DNA of 31,952 nucleotides from a virus (IMGVR_UViG_3300033182_000404:1-31952), one strand, 5' to 3'; positions 18,434-28,409 are shown, numbered from the stretch's first letter. Program-made: numbers and translations. The notes: generated by a model from the letters alone, not told the origin.

Positions 18434-20374
18434 TTATGCAATTTTTGATCCACCGTCTCCAGAACTCATGCCTCTATCAAAGTTACCAAGGAAGTTTCTT
18501 GAACCGTTTGAATAGTGTTGATACCAGAACCAACCGTTTTGACAACTTGATCCACAGCATCCTCCGCCGTAACCATAATCTTGACCTTCAATGAAGTTAG
18601 TTTCACCACAACTTTGTGGTTTACTTGTATAACCGCCTTGGTTACTGTTTGCAGAATGGTTGTATCTTGTAAAGTTACTTGACGAGTTACCAGCATCTTC
18701 TACAAGTGAATATCCGCTCTTTGTAGCAAGTGACTTAGAGTGTGCTTGGTTTGACCCGCCCGGTCTACTCATACCACCGGAGTATGTATCACTTGAGAAG
18801 TTAAAGAATTGAGCACCATAACACTCATAGCCTCTATTTTCATCTTCAAAAGCGTTACCGTAGTTATTACTTGCGTTATTGCCTTGCACCTGTGTATAAC
18901 TGTTATTTGAGAATGTATGTTTTGCTGTGTTGGTGTTGTTACCAGTAGTTGTATATCCTGCCGGAACACCTACATAGCCACCGTGATTACCCATAGATCC
19001 TGCATCGTCTTTTGATACACCCATGTTACCGTTTTGTGATTCACTTTCAGATGCCATACTAAAACCACAAACATATGAACTTGAGCCCATACCTTCCATA
19101 CCATAACCGTATAAATGTGTATCGCTTGATGTACCTGAGAAATAAGCGCCAGGTCTGTTACATCTGTCACCTAGTCCGGTATATGAGTTGTTTGAAATTT
19201 GAACTCTGTGCGATGCTCTCCACGGGTTACTGCTTTGATAACCACCAATGATATAACCCCATGCATATACTTGTCTATAGTAATAACTGTTAGCAGGGGT
19301 AAAGTTTAGTGTAATGTCTGTAAAGTCACCTAGTGTCGTGTCAGTTGCTCTAATAGTAGCCGCATAGTTTTGGCTCCATGCACCGTTTAGTGTATCCCAC
19401 TGTACAGTACCACTTACTACACCGTTTGATGCTAATGAAAGACCGCTTGGTAAACCGCCACTTGGCGCACTAATTGTAACTGAGTGGTTAGGGTCAGTAG
19501 CACTAATAGTTGTGCTATATGAACTCATTGTGTTAAAGTTAAATGTTTGGCCGTTAGTTACGTTTGTAAAACTCGGAGCCGCGTTGTTACGTGATGTAAA
19601 TGTAAAGTCTTTAGCGGCTTTACGACCGGTTGCATCAATAGCAACAACAGTAATATTTTCTACAGTATCACTTGCTACACTTGGAGCAGTACCACTAATA
19701 ACACCAGTGTTAGAGTCAATACTTGCACTTGCAATGTTGCCGCTACCATAGTTAGATCCTTCACCTGCTTGGTTTGAGAATCTATATGTAATTGCACCTG
19801 CACCGTCTGGGTCGGTTGCCGCAATAGTGTTAGTAACACTTAAACTGCTCATTGCTTGACCTTCAAACAATGTACCTAAGTCAGTAGCAGTTGAGAATGA
19901 CGGCGGAGCATCAACGTCAATGACATCGGAAAGCACAGCACTTAGGCCAGTACCGTTAAGTACTTGAACATCGTATGGTTCGTCTGTTTGTAATAGTCTA
20001 TTTGCACCAGTAAAAGTAATAGTAATTTGTGTTGAACTATCACGTGTTACAGTACTTGGAGGATATGTAGCACCACTGTTACCAATAATAGTAACAGTCA
20101 CACTTGATTCGAAGTTCTGACCACTAATAACAACAGTTTGTGTTGTATCATCTTCGTTAACTGTTCCAGGTGTAGTACCACCAATTTGTGGAGGTGCCGC
20201 AATCGCTGACCAACCAGTTTGTGTGTATTGTTCTAGGAAGCCTAAGTCAGTGTTAAATCTAATATAACCTTGTTGAGGACTAGCAGGTCTTTCAGCAGTA
20301 GAACCTGTAGGTACACCTAATAAGTCACCTGTGTATATTCTATTCTTACCAGTAAAGTCTCTAATATCTGCCAT
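18434..20374 (-). CDS. Fibre/adhesin A: conserved N-terminal segment, IPT/Ig/cadherin-like stalk, Gly/Ser/Asn/Tyr-rich propeller-like tip
   Basis: PTGSTAERP..GYIRFNTD..LEQY..GW; ISGQNF (IPT); ATDPDG and LPSGLSL...GVVSGT (He_PIG-like Ig); C-terminal GY..GG repeats. Confidence 0.8.
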   Translation of the reverse strand: MADIRDFTGKNRIYTGDLLGVPTGSTAERPASPQQGYIRFNTDLGFLEQYTQTGWSAIAAPPQIGGTTPGTVNEDDTTQTVVISGQNFESSVTVTIIGNSGATYPPSTVTRDSSTQITITFTGANRLLQTDEPYDVQVLNGTGLSAVLSDVIDVDAPPSFSTATDLGTLFEGQAMSSLSVTNTIAATDPDGAGAITYRFSNQAGEGSNYGSGNIASASIDSNTGVISGTAPSVASDTVENITVVAIDATGRKAAKDFTFTSRNNAAPSFTNVTNGQTFNFNTMSSYSTTISATDPNHSVTISAPSGGLPSGLSLASNGVVSGTVQWDTLNGAWSQNYAATIRATDTTLGDFTDITLNFTPANSYYYRQVYAWGYIIGGYQSSNPWRASHRVQISNNSYTGLGDRCNRPGAYFSGTSSDTHLYGYGMEGMGSSSYVCGFSMASESESQNGNMGVSKDDAGSMGNHGGYVGVPAGYTTTGNNTNTAKHTFSNNSYTQVQGNNASNNYGNAFEDENRGYECYGAQFFNFSSDTYSGGMSRPGGSNQAHSKSLATKSGYSLVEDAGNSSSNFTRYNHSANSNQGGYTSKPQSCGETNFIEGQDYGYGGGCCGSSCQNGWFWYQHYSNGSRNFLGNFDRGMSSGDGGSKIA

Positions 20375-23300
20375 TATAGTACCTCAATCAGTTTCCAGCC
20401 GTATGTAGCATTAGCATACACTAGTCCAATGCCTTGATGTTCTACGGATAATGTTAAGTCTTGTGCTAATCCCATTATGTTATGTCCATTTCTATTTATC
20501 GTACAGTTGTTAGTGTCAAAGGTTCCAACTAAATCAATAATTCTAACAGAATCACCAATTTGTGCAGAAGCAGGTAATGTTACTGTTACAGCACCGCCTG
20601 AGGTATCTACAAACCAACCTTCTCCTTTGTTTGCTTGGAAGTTTGCACTTGAAATTTGCCAGCGAATACTTCCTGCAGGCTCCCATGATCCGCTCGAACC
20701 GTAAACTTCTAAACTTGCGTTATCTGAGTTATAACGGAAGAAACCGGTGCTTGCTGGGTTTGGTCTTTGTGCTGTAGTACCTACCGGAATCGCAATATGC
20801 GATGTTCCTCCAAACGATTCAAAACGTGCATCAATTTGTGCTTCAATATATGTAACAACAGCACGTTCAGTTGGCACTGCGGTGTCTGAGTTATCAGCCA
20901 TTGTACCATCTGTACTAAATTCGTTAATTGTAGCACCTTGCTTACCAGCAGTAATACTACCAAGTTGCAGTTCGTTCAAACCTGTTAAGTCAAATTCTTC
21001 TGATGATAGTGTTGCTCTACCAGTGGACTGTTCAACCTTAAAGTAATCACCAACTCGGAAGTTACCGTCTTGGTCAGTGGTTACGTAGAACACACGACCA
21101 CCGTTTTCACTCTTAGTTTCACGTTCTTGGTTTGGTGCTTGCGTATAGTCTTCAGCAATAATAACCGGGTAGTTAGTATCAGCAAAACCACCTGTACCAA
21201 TATCTAGGAAGTCGTGGCCACTCATACGTACTTGAGAGAACGCTTCACGGAAGATAACGTGTGTACCGTCATCTGGTGTTTTGTTACTCGGAATTGGTGG
21301 TTCAATTGAGATTTGAACTTGTCCGTATCCTGTTTTTGTTGGAGCAACGTTACGTCCTTGGTTAATTACATCGTAAACAATTTGAACGTTTGTATTTGCT
21401 AGTGTAATACCAGCCGCTTCTGCACCTGCTAGTCCAGTAACTTGTGTTTCTAAACTATATGTTTGTGCCGGAGCAGTTTGATTCATTGCGTGACCTACTA
21501 GCGTTTGCATGTAGTTAATAGCCGCTAATGTTTCAGTTTTTTGTGTTGTAATAGCAGTTAACGCACTACCATTTGTGTAGTATTCAAATGCCGCGTCAAT
21601 TGATTCACCGTTTGAATTGTGATCTAAGTCTGTAACAAGTGCGTCAACAATTAAACCAACATCGCGTTCACATGTTAGTTGATCATAGTTAAAGATAATG
21701 CTATTAACATGCGCAGTTGATTGCGTAATCAATGATGCTTTATTAGTAATAATATCTTGTCTAGCATCTTGTAATGCACCTGTTGCCCAAGTAACACTTG
21801 GTGCGCTGTCTGCTGGTAAACCAGATAATGTGCCTGCTGTAATTACATCTTCAATTACTTGTAATAATCCATCTAGTGTACTTGCTTCAGTGGCACTTGC
21901 CGCACCTGCTGATGTGTCTTGGCTTACACCGGCCTGTTCTGGTGAAGAAATAACATTACCTTGTACAACATCACTAACATGACTTGCTAAGAAGTTGTAA
22001 GCCGCCGCAGTAGCAGTTGCTTCGCCGGCACCTAATTGACTTGTAGCGCCAACAAAATAACTTCTTGCAGATACTTTAGTAGCAAGGTTGCCGCCGTACA
22101 CAATATCGTGTGTTAAACTATCAATGATGTATCCAACGTCTCTGTTACATTTAACTGTATCATATACTAGTGCAGGATATGTACTGTTAATCCAAGCAAT
22201 AACTTCTGCTTGTAAGAAACTTCTGTTGTTTTGTAACTGGTCACGAGCATTTGTAATGTTTGCACTTGCACCTGTTGGAATTGGGAACGATAATGCGTTT
22301 GCACTACCTGTTCCGTTGTTAAAGATATCAAGGATTTCATCAAAGTTAGCATTTGATCTAGAAAGTGCTGTTGCATCGTCGCCAACATTTGTTAAACCAG
22401 CAACTAAACTCTTTAAGTTAGTAAACGATGAGTTTGTAATTGCAGATTGCGCTGTTGTTACATTAAGTGCATTTGCTCTAGTATATGCTAAGCCGTTTGT
22501 AACTGCCCAGTAGTTAGTACCAAAGCAGATGTCATAACCTGCGCCATCTAAGATATAACCATAGTCACGTTCACATGCCGCAACATCGTATGTAAAGCCT
22601 ACATTAAATGTTTCGTTGACATAACCGATAACTTCCTTTTGAATCCAAGTTCTATTTTGTACTAGTGTATTTTGTGCATTTGGATAATTTCCACCTACAA
22701 GAGTTGGACCTGTATAGTTAGCAGTACCAATAATAAAGTAAGTTTCGTCGTCGCCTAAAATTTGGAACACAGAACCTGCTTTTGGTGCACGGTTAAGTGA
22801 GTCGATAGTAAATGTAATACCTCTACCAATACCTGCAAAACCGTCTCTAGTAGCATTAACTGTTCTAGTAATACCTGGTGCTTGGTTAAGTGTAAAGCCG
22901 ACTGTAGTTGTGCCTAGTGTAAGTGTAGCACTATCAATATCATTGATTTGGTTGTCAGTTGAAGTAGCATTGTTTACAGTTAACGAACCTGAGTTAATTG
23001 CATAACTTCCTGTAGTAACTGTACCTAATCCACCCGCTACGTCTTTTTGTACGTTAATTCTTACAGTGTTTGCTTGTTCAATACCTGTAGCAACAAGGTT
23101 AACACCGTCTAGTTCAACCCCATAAAATGCAATGTTGTTTGTGCTGTTAGTGAATTCTCTAATCCAATCAACAGTACCAGCAGACGTATAACGTGCTACT
23201 AGGCCTTTATGAGCAGTATTGTTACTGTAGAATGTGTAACCTGCAAAGTAAACATCTTCACCTAGTGGAACAACATCCATCCATTCAGATACTTCAGCAT

Positions 23301-26300
23301 TAGTAGCAACGTTTTGTTGCCATTCGACGTTACCTAAGATATCAATACGTGCGGCCCATGCGTTAGCGGCATTACTGTAACCTGAATTTCTCCAGTGTCC
23401 TACAGCCATAAAGTAGATACCGTCGCCGCTACCTGTGTCTAAACGTAGTTTGTTAATTCTTACATCTGGATACTGGTATGACTGAATGTATGCACCACTG
23501 TCATCAATTCGTGTAATAATTGATTGGTGCCCAATTGGATCATAAGATACAACATACAAATTTCTTTCAGCATTAGCATCGCCTTCTGCCGCATATGTGT
23601 CTACTGATGTAGTTGGGTTTTTAGTATACGCGGCCGCAGTTGCTACTAATTGGTTAGCCGCACTTGAGTCGTTGTAGTCTAATGTCTTACTCCAAAGTTC
23701 TGTACCTGCCGGGTTAAACTTAATAATGCCAATACCTGTAGTAGCGTGATCACCGATAAAGTAAACGTCATCGGCGTCAACAGCCATCGCAGTTACAGTG
23801 TTTAAATCGCCAATGTCTTTATCCCACTGGATTTCACCCGAGGTACTTAACTTCATACTAAAGCCGTTATTTGCACCGCCTTTGAATACTGTACCACCTA
23901 CGTATACTTCTTCGCCGTCGATAGTTTCAATTACTTCGGCTGTACCAAAGTATGTTTCGTAAGTATAGAACCATTCAACTGCGCCCGATGCGTTAAATCT
24001 AGCAATGAATGGATAACTTGCGGCATTATCCCAAGTACTTGCTACTGTTGTACCTGTTGGGTTAATATGGCCTGCATAGAAAATGTTACCATTCTCGTCT
24101 CTAGTTGATGCGTGTACGTGAACGTTTGATGCAATAGTGTTAACAGAGTTAAGTGTTTCGTCTGTTAATTGTAATTTACCTGTTAGTGGTGATTCGCTTT
24201 GTGAATAGCCACGTGCAACAGCACCGTACTCTCCGTATGAGTTGTTACCTACGATAGCACGAATCTTACCACCTGACTCAGCCAAGTAGCCAATGTCGCA
24301 GTAATATGTAAAGCAAGATACGATCTCAGTACGTCCATCGTTTAGTACGTGAACACCAATACCGTCTGAGTTGATCTGTGTAAAGTCGTTGTTAACGATA
24401 GATTTGTAACCACCATTGTGTAGTGCGCCATCTACCTTCATACCAGTACCACCCGGCGAGAAGTTAGTACAGTTTTGTACATATGGTGATTGTGATGTAA
24501 TCCACACACTTGTATCATCTGGCCCATAACCTGGGTCAAGTGATACTTGAACCGAACCAGTTGAGAAGTTGCGGAACACAAAGTTACGAATACGTGCGCC
24601 GTTGTTTACAAGGAACACATATGAGTTAGCATTCGGTGTTGATCCGTCGTCTGAAATACCAACACCAAATCCGTTATCGTTTGTGGTGTCAGGTGAAATG
24701 TCAACAGCACCAAGACCGTTACCTTCTAGTACAATACCTCTGCCAAGTCTAATTGGACATTGTTCTTCGTATGTACCTGAACTTACGTTAATACGTGCTT
24801 TACCTAAGTTAAATGTTTGATCAGCCGCATGTCTAATAGTACGCCATGAACTAGTAGGTGTGCGTCCATCGTTATTGTCATCGCCTTGTGGTGATACATA
24901 GTAATCGTTTTGTGGAGTTAAGTGACCCCAACTTGGAATGCCATTTTGTACGCTTAAGAATGCACCACTTGGTCCAATTGGTAAACGTTCAACACTGCCA
25001 CTAGCGTTGCGATAAATCATATCGCCGGTGTTAGTCATTGGTGAACTGATGTCACCTTGTGCAAACAATTCCCACTTAGTAGGATCTGTTCCAGGAGTAA
25101 CGCCAATGTTGCGTTCTGCTACTGAAATGTAAGCACTTTGTGAGTATTCAACAATGTCGTTCCACTTATATTCAGTAGCAACATTCCAAACACTCTTCCA
25201 TTCAAAACCGTCACTTAAAATTTCCCAGTTTGCATCTGGTGGTTCTCCAGCGCGAGTACTGTCTGAAGCGTATGTAATAACACAAATATAAGAACGGCCA
25301 CCATGTTTAACAATGTCGCCTTTCTTGTAGTTTTCAATAGGTGAACTTTCCCAGTCACCTCTCCAACGGATACCGTCTACAAATAATTCAAATGCTACTT
25401 CTGATTCTGGATCACGTAATGTTGAACCATCGTCAAAACTGTTAAATGTACAAATATAAACCTTACCACCATATTGTGCTAAGTCACCTGGAGCAAAGTT
25501 ATTTCTTGGATCGTACTCGCCTCTCCAGTTTAATCCTTTAGCATAGGTAGTCCAGTATTCGGTACCTGAACTGTTTGGAGCATCTCTGTCAGCAGTAATT
25601 TTAGTACATAGGTATAAGTAACCACCGTAACTTACAACATCACCTGGATAGTAAGTTGTATTGTCTGCCCATGCTCCTTGCCAACTAACACCATCTGAAA
25701 TTAAATCCCAGTCGTCGTTTGGTGGAGTTTGTGTAGTAATCTTGTTAGCAACGTAAGACTTGCCGCCTAGTAGTGTAACATCGCCTGGCTTGTATTCAAA
25801 ACCAATAACTGGATTGTGTTCGCCAATAAAGTTGTAACCTTGTACTAATAGATCCCAATGTAGTTCTGAGTATGGAGTGTTCCAGCCTGCAGACTCGTAC
25901 ATGCTACTGTGGTTACCACAAACTGGATACAGTTTAGGTGAACCAACTGGTACTGTGAATACAATCTTTCTTTCGTTGGCTAAGTTAAAGCCTGCTGAAT
26001 ACTCAGCAAAGTTTACTTGTCTTACACCATCTAAGTACCAAGTAACACCGTCTAACCAATAGTTATAATTACCACCAGTCGCAAAGTGTCCGTTTTCTAC
26101 TGTACTGATATAAATTGGATGACCTGCGTTTGTTGCATCGCTTTGATCGAATACATAAGTGTTACCTTCGTAAAGATCAAGTACAGGTGTTCTTACACCG
26201 TCAATGTAATAACGGTTTGTGTAAGGACCTTCGTTTACAACAGTTACAATTTTAGTGTATGTTGAAAGTAAAGCACCTGGCTTTACATTTAATGAATCTT

Positions 26301-26907
26301 GTTTAGCGTAGTATGTATTACCGCCGAAGCGAACAACATCACCACGTTGGTATTCTGTAGTGCTGTCCCATGCACCATCAAACTGCATACCGTCTGCAAG
26401 TTTTTGCCAGTAAGTAGCATTACTTGGTCTTACATCACTTGATTCGTCGTATGCGTGATCTTCAATACAGATATAAATTCCTGAACCATATGTAACAATA
26501 TCGTTAAGGGCATAACGACCTGCGTTAACCCACGCACCTTTGTTAGCAATACCTGTACTTAAAATTTCCCATCTACTAGCATTTAAATCATCTTCGAAGA
26601 TAGAACCGGCAGTATGTCCTACCAAGCAGATGTAAAGGTTTGACCCATAACGTACAACATCATTTACTTTATAAGTTGCATAGCCAACGCCTAGTGTCCA
26701 GTCGCCTCTCCATGCAAAACCTGAGTTCATTAAGTTCCATTTATTTGCTACTAAGTCAGCATAAAAATCCGAACCTGATGTATGATTTTCTGTTGCTACA
26801 TATGTGTTTGCACCGTGTCGTACGATATCATCTTTGATGTACGCTGTGCTGGCAGTCCAATCGCCCTGCCATTTAAATTTGAGTCTACCAAGAATTATCT
26901 CTGCCAT
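20374..26907 (-). CDS. Giant multidomain virion fibre/structural protein (2177 aa)
   Basis: About nine WxGxW..Y..GD.V.YGG..Y.C repeats, a cupredoxin-like insert, a YYVSPQGDD beta-helix-type start, propeller-like repeats, helical CxRDxG repeats, and a C-terminal GTTAQRP segment plus VDTSGGAVTVTLP..GD domain (T4 gp9/gp10/gp34-like). Confidence 0.85.
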   Translation of the reverse strand: MAEIILGRLKFKWQGDWTASTAYIKDDIVRHGANTYVATENHTSGSDFYADLVANKWNLMNSGFAWRGDWTLGVGYATYKVNDVVRYGSNLYICLVGHTAGSIFEDDLNASRWEILSTGIANKGAWVNAGRYALNDIVTYGSGIYICIEDHAYDESSDVRPSNATYWQKLADGMQFDGAWDSTTEYQRGDVVRFGGNTYYAKQDSLNVKPGALLSTYTKIVTVVNEGPYTNRYYIDGVRTPVLDLYEGNTYVFDQSDATNAGHPIYISTVENGHFATGGNYNYWLDGVTWYLDGVRQVNFAEYSAGFNLANERKIVFTVPVGSPKLYPVCGNHSSMYESAGWNTPYSELHWDLLVQGYNFIGEHNPVIGFEYKPGDVTLLGGKSYVANKITTQTPPNDDWDLISDGVSWQGAWADNTTYYPGDVVSYGGYLYLCTKITADRDAPNSSGTEYWTTYAKGLNWRGEYDPRNNFAPGDLAQYGGKVYICTFNSFDDGSTLRDPESEVAFELFVDGIRWRGDWESSPIENYKKGDIVKHGGRSYICVITYASDSTRAGEPPDANWEILSDGFEWKSVWNVATEYKWNDIVEYSQSAYISVAERNIGVTPGTDPTKWELFAQGDISSPMTNTGDMIYRNASGSVERLPIGPSGAFLSVQNGIPSWGHLTPQNDYYVSPQGDDNNDGRTPTSSWRTIRHAADQTFNLGKARINVSSGTYEEQCPIRLGRGIVLEGNGLGAVDISPDTTNDNGFGVGISDDGSTPNANSYVFLVNNGARIRNFVFRNFSTGSVQVSLDPGYGPDDTSVWITSQSPYVQNCTNFSPGGTGMKVDGALHNGGYKSIVNNDFTQINSDGIGVHVLNDGRTEIVSCFTYYCDIGYLAESGGKIRAIVGNNSYGEYGAVARGYSQSESPLTGKLQLTDETLNSVNTIASNVHVHASTRDENGNIFYAGHINPTGTTVASTWDNAASYPFIARFNASGAVEWFYTYETYFGTAEVIETIDGEEVYVGGTVFKGGANNGFSMKLSTSGEIQWDKDIGDLNTVTAMAVDADDVYFIGDHATTGIGIIKFNPAGTELWSKTLDYNDSSAANQLVATAAAYTKNPTTSVDTYAAEGDANAERNLYVVSYDPIGHQSIITRIDDSGAYIQSYQYPDVRINKLRLDTGSGDGIYFMAVGHWRNSGYSNAANAWAARIDILGNVEWQQNVATNAEVSEWMDVVPLGEDVYFAGYTFYSNNTAHKGLVARYTSAGTVDWIREFTNSTNNIAFYGVELDGVNLVATGIEQANTVRINVQKDVAGGLGTVTTGSYAINSGSLTVNNATSTDNQINDIDSATLTLGTTTVGFTLNQAPGITRTVNATRDGFAGIGRGITFTIDSLNRAPKAGSVFQILGDDETYFIIGTANYTGPTLVGGNYPNAQNTLVQNRTWIQKEVIGYVNETFNVGFTYDVAACERDYGYILDGAGYDICFGTNYWAVTNGLAYTRANALNVTTAQSAITNSSFTNLKSLVAGLTNVGDDATALSRSNANFDEILDIFNNGTGSANALSFPIPTGASANITNARDQLQNNRSFLQAEVIAWINSTYPALVYDTVKCNRDVGYIIDSLTHDIVYGGNLATKVSARSYFVGATSQLGAGEATATAAAYNFLASHVSDVVQGNVISSPEQAGVSQDTSAGAASATEASTLDGLLQVIEDVITAGTLSGLPADSAPSVTWATGALQDARQDIITNKASLITQSTAHVNSIIFNYDQLTCERDVGLIVDALVTDLDHNSNGESIDAAFEYYTNGSALTAITTQKTETLAAINYMQTLVGHAMNQTAPAQTYSLETQVTGLAGAEAAGITLANTNVQIVYDVINQGRNVAPTKTGYGQVQISIEPPIPSNKTPDDGTHVIFREAFSQVRMSGHDFLDIGTGGFADTNYPVIIAEDYTQAPNQERETKSENGGRVFYVTTDQDGNFRVGDYFKVEQSTGRATLSSEEFDLTGLNELQLGSITAGKQGATINEFSTDGTMADNSDTAVPTERAVVTYIEAQIDARFESFGGTSHIAIPVGTTAQRPNPASTGFFRYNSDNASLEVYGSSGSWEPAGSIRWQISSANFQANKGEGWFVDTSGGAVTVTLPASAQIGDSVRIIDLVGTFDTNNCTINRNGHNIMGLAQDLTLSVEHQGIGLVYANATYGWKLIEVL
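25060..26880 (-). repeat. About nine tandem ~50-aa Trp-rich repeats (CBM5/12-like) in the giant protein
   Basis: Repeat starts KWQGDW, AWRGDW, ANKGAW, QFDGAW, NFIGEH, SWQGAW, NWRGEY, RWRGDW, EWKSVW; boundaries approximate. Confidence 0.8.
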
Positions 26908-26942
26908 TTGTTTTTTCTACCTTGCTAGTGTGTTAATGCTTG

Positions 26943-26948
26943 TATTTA
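26943..26948 (-). promoter_or_regulatory. Putative late promoter TAAATA (giant fibre operon)
   Basis: CATAAATAC in the intergenic region upstream of ATG 26907. Confidence 0.65.
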
Positions 26949-26954
26949 TGTCCA

Positions 26955-27698
26955 TTACGCCGGATCACCATACTCATGGTTTTCGTTGTAAACAGCACGT
27001 AAAAAGCCGTTATCATCTAAGTAATACAGTATACTTTCTTGAACAATTTGCCATTGCTCGTAGGTCATACCATCTTGCTGATCTCGTAAGTTTCTGTACG
27101 GATACGCATTTCTAGGATCGCCGCGATCGTCTGTGTTTGGTGGATCATCAAGCACGTTTCCGTTAGTAAGAATTACAGGATCTAATCCTTTATCTTCTAA
27201 ATTAACAGTTGTGTATGCTAATAGATCACTGTCGCTGATTTGCATAACAATGTATGATTCACCTGCCATACCCATATGGTTCCAACAGTAATAGTACAAT
27301 GCACCTGGAGTATTTTCATCAATCCCAATGTGTACTTTTCTTGTAGTAGCAGAATTAAAACTACTAACGTATGTTGGTTGATCTACTAGCACACTGTCTA
27401 GTTCATAGGTAACATTTGTAGGATAAATGCTACCACCAAGAGTATGCGTTCCATCTTTAGTTTCGCTGAATAGCAAAGGGTGGCCGTCGTTTGAATTATC
27501 GCTCAAATCTAATGTGTATGTATATCCTGAGAAAAAGTATGGCATGAGCGCAACTTTGTCGTTGATCTGATAGCGATTTCCGCCAGGGGTTGCTACTACT
27601 TTAACTGTGTAGTTTACTGTACCAGATTTAGTATCTTGGATTTTTCTAAAACCGTGAAAGCCAGCGAACGATTTGCCTAAGCGTCTAATCTCAGCCAT
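26955..27698 (-). CDS. Virion-associated protein with a cupredoxin-like domain
   Basis: YTVKV..RYQIN..G.TYT.D.SD.SN.GHP...LYYYCWNHMGM; AGGAG SD and TAAATA upstream. Confidence 0.75.
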   Translation of the reverse strand: MAEIRRLGKSFAGFHGFRKIQDTKSGTVNYTVKVVATPGGNRYQINDKVALMPYFFSGYTYTLDLSDNSNDGHPLLFSETKDGTHTLGGSIYPTNVTYELDSVLVDQPTYVSSFNSATTRKVHIGIDENTPGALYYYCWNHMGMAGESYIVMQISDSDLLAYTTVNLEDKGLDPVILTNGNVLDDPPNTDDRGDPRNAYPYRNLRDQQDGMTYEQWQIVQESILYYLDDNGFLRAVYNENHEYGDPA

Positions 27699-27717
27699 AT
27701 TTTACTCCTATTGCTAG

Positions 27718-27768
27718 TATTTAGCAATTATCATTCTTTAGTCAAATCTTAAAATATAAGCATAATTA
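27718..27768. promoter_or_regulatory. Divergent late promoters (TAAATA on -, TAATTA on +)
   Basis: CTAAATA on - (core 27723-27718) before AGGAG; TAATTA at 27763-27768 then 5 nt to ATG 27774. Confidence 0.55.
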
Positions 27769-27773
27769 TGTTT

Positions 27774-28409
27774 ATGAGTGATACTAAAATATTTTCGCTG
27801 TTTAGCCATGGTATTTTTGAAGGTACATTAAACATTCCTGAAGAAGATAAAATAAAAATGCTCGACCATATCGATTGGGATATTATAAAAAGAAATAGAG
27901 ACCGAGATCCTGATTGGTTTACACAATCTAAAGATAGGTTTTTACATGAAAAAGAAGCCTATTCTATGTTTACAAAAACTATTGAAGAAACAGCATCTTT
28001 ATACTGGAATAAACTTGGATACGGACGCACTGAGTTTTTTGTTACACAAATGTGGGGAAATTCAATGAAAGGCCGTGGAGAAATTGGAACACATTACCAC
28101 AGTAACAGCATTATAAGTGGTGTATTTTATTTTGATGTAAACGAAGAAGATAGCGGAGGGACTACATTTATGAATCCAATGTTTGGATTAAATCAACAAA
28201 TTAGTGTTCCGATTGAAGATTACAACGAATATACTCGAATGCATTACACTGTTCCGCCAAAACAAAATAGATTGATTTTATTTCCTAGTTATATACAACA
28301 TAAAAGCGAAAGATGTTGGAACAATAATATAAGAACAACACTAAGTTTTAATTTATTGCCTAAAGTTTTAGGAAATGACGCTGACTTAAATTATTATAAA
28401 TTAATTTAA
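27774..28409 (+). CDS. 2OG-Fe(II) oxygenase superfamily protein (TIGR02466-like)
   Basis: MWGN..G....HYHSNSIISGVFY, LILFPSYIQH, RTTLSFN. ATG 27774 preferred because it lies 5 nt after TAATTA. Confidence 0.88.
   Translation: MSDTKIFSLFSHGIFEGTLNIPEEDKIKMLDHIDWDIIKRNRDRDPDWFTQSKDRFLHEKEAYSMFTKTIEETASLYWNKLGYGRTEFFVTQMWGNSMKGRGEIGTHYHSNSIISGVFYFDVNEEDSGGTTFMNPMFGLNQQISVPIEDYNEYTRMHYTVPPKQNRLILFPSYIQHKSERCWNNNIRTTLSFNLLPKVLGNDADLNYYKLI

Noticed and set aside
21480-22710. Assigning a cyanobacterial host from the phycobiliprotein-like repeats and halogenase
   Set aside because: No photosynthesis or other host-diagnostic genes are in the window, and motif resemblance alone does not identify the host.
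25060-26880. CRISPR array or DNA tandem repeat
   Set aside because: The repetition is at protein level with degenerate DNA; there are no identical repeats with spacers.
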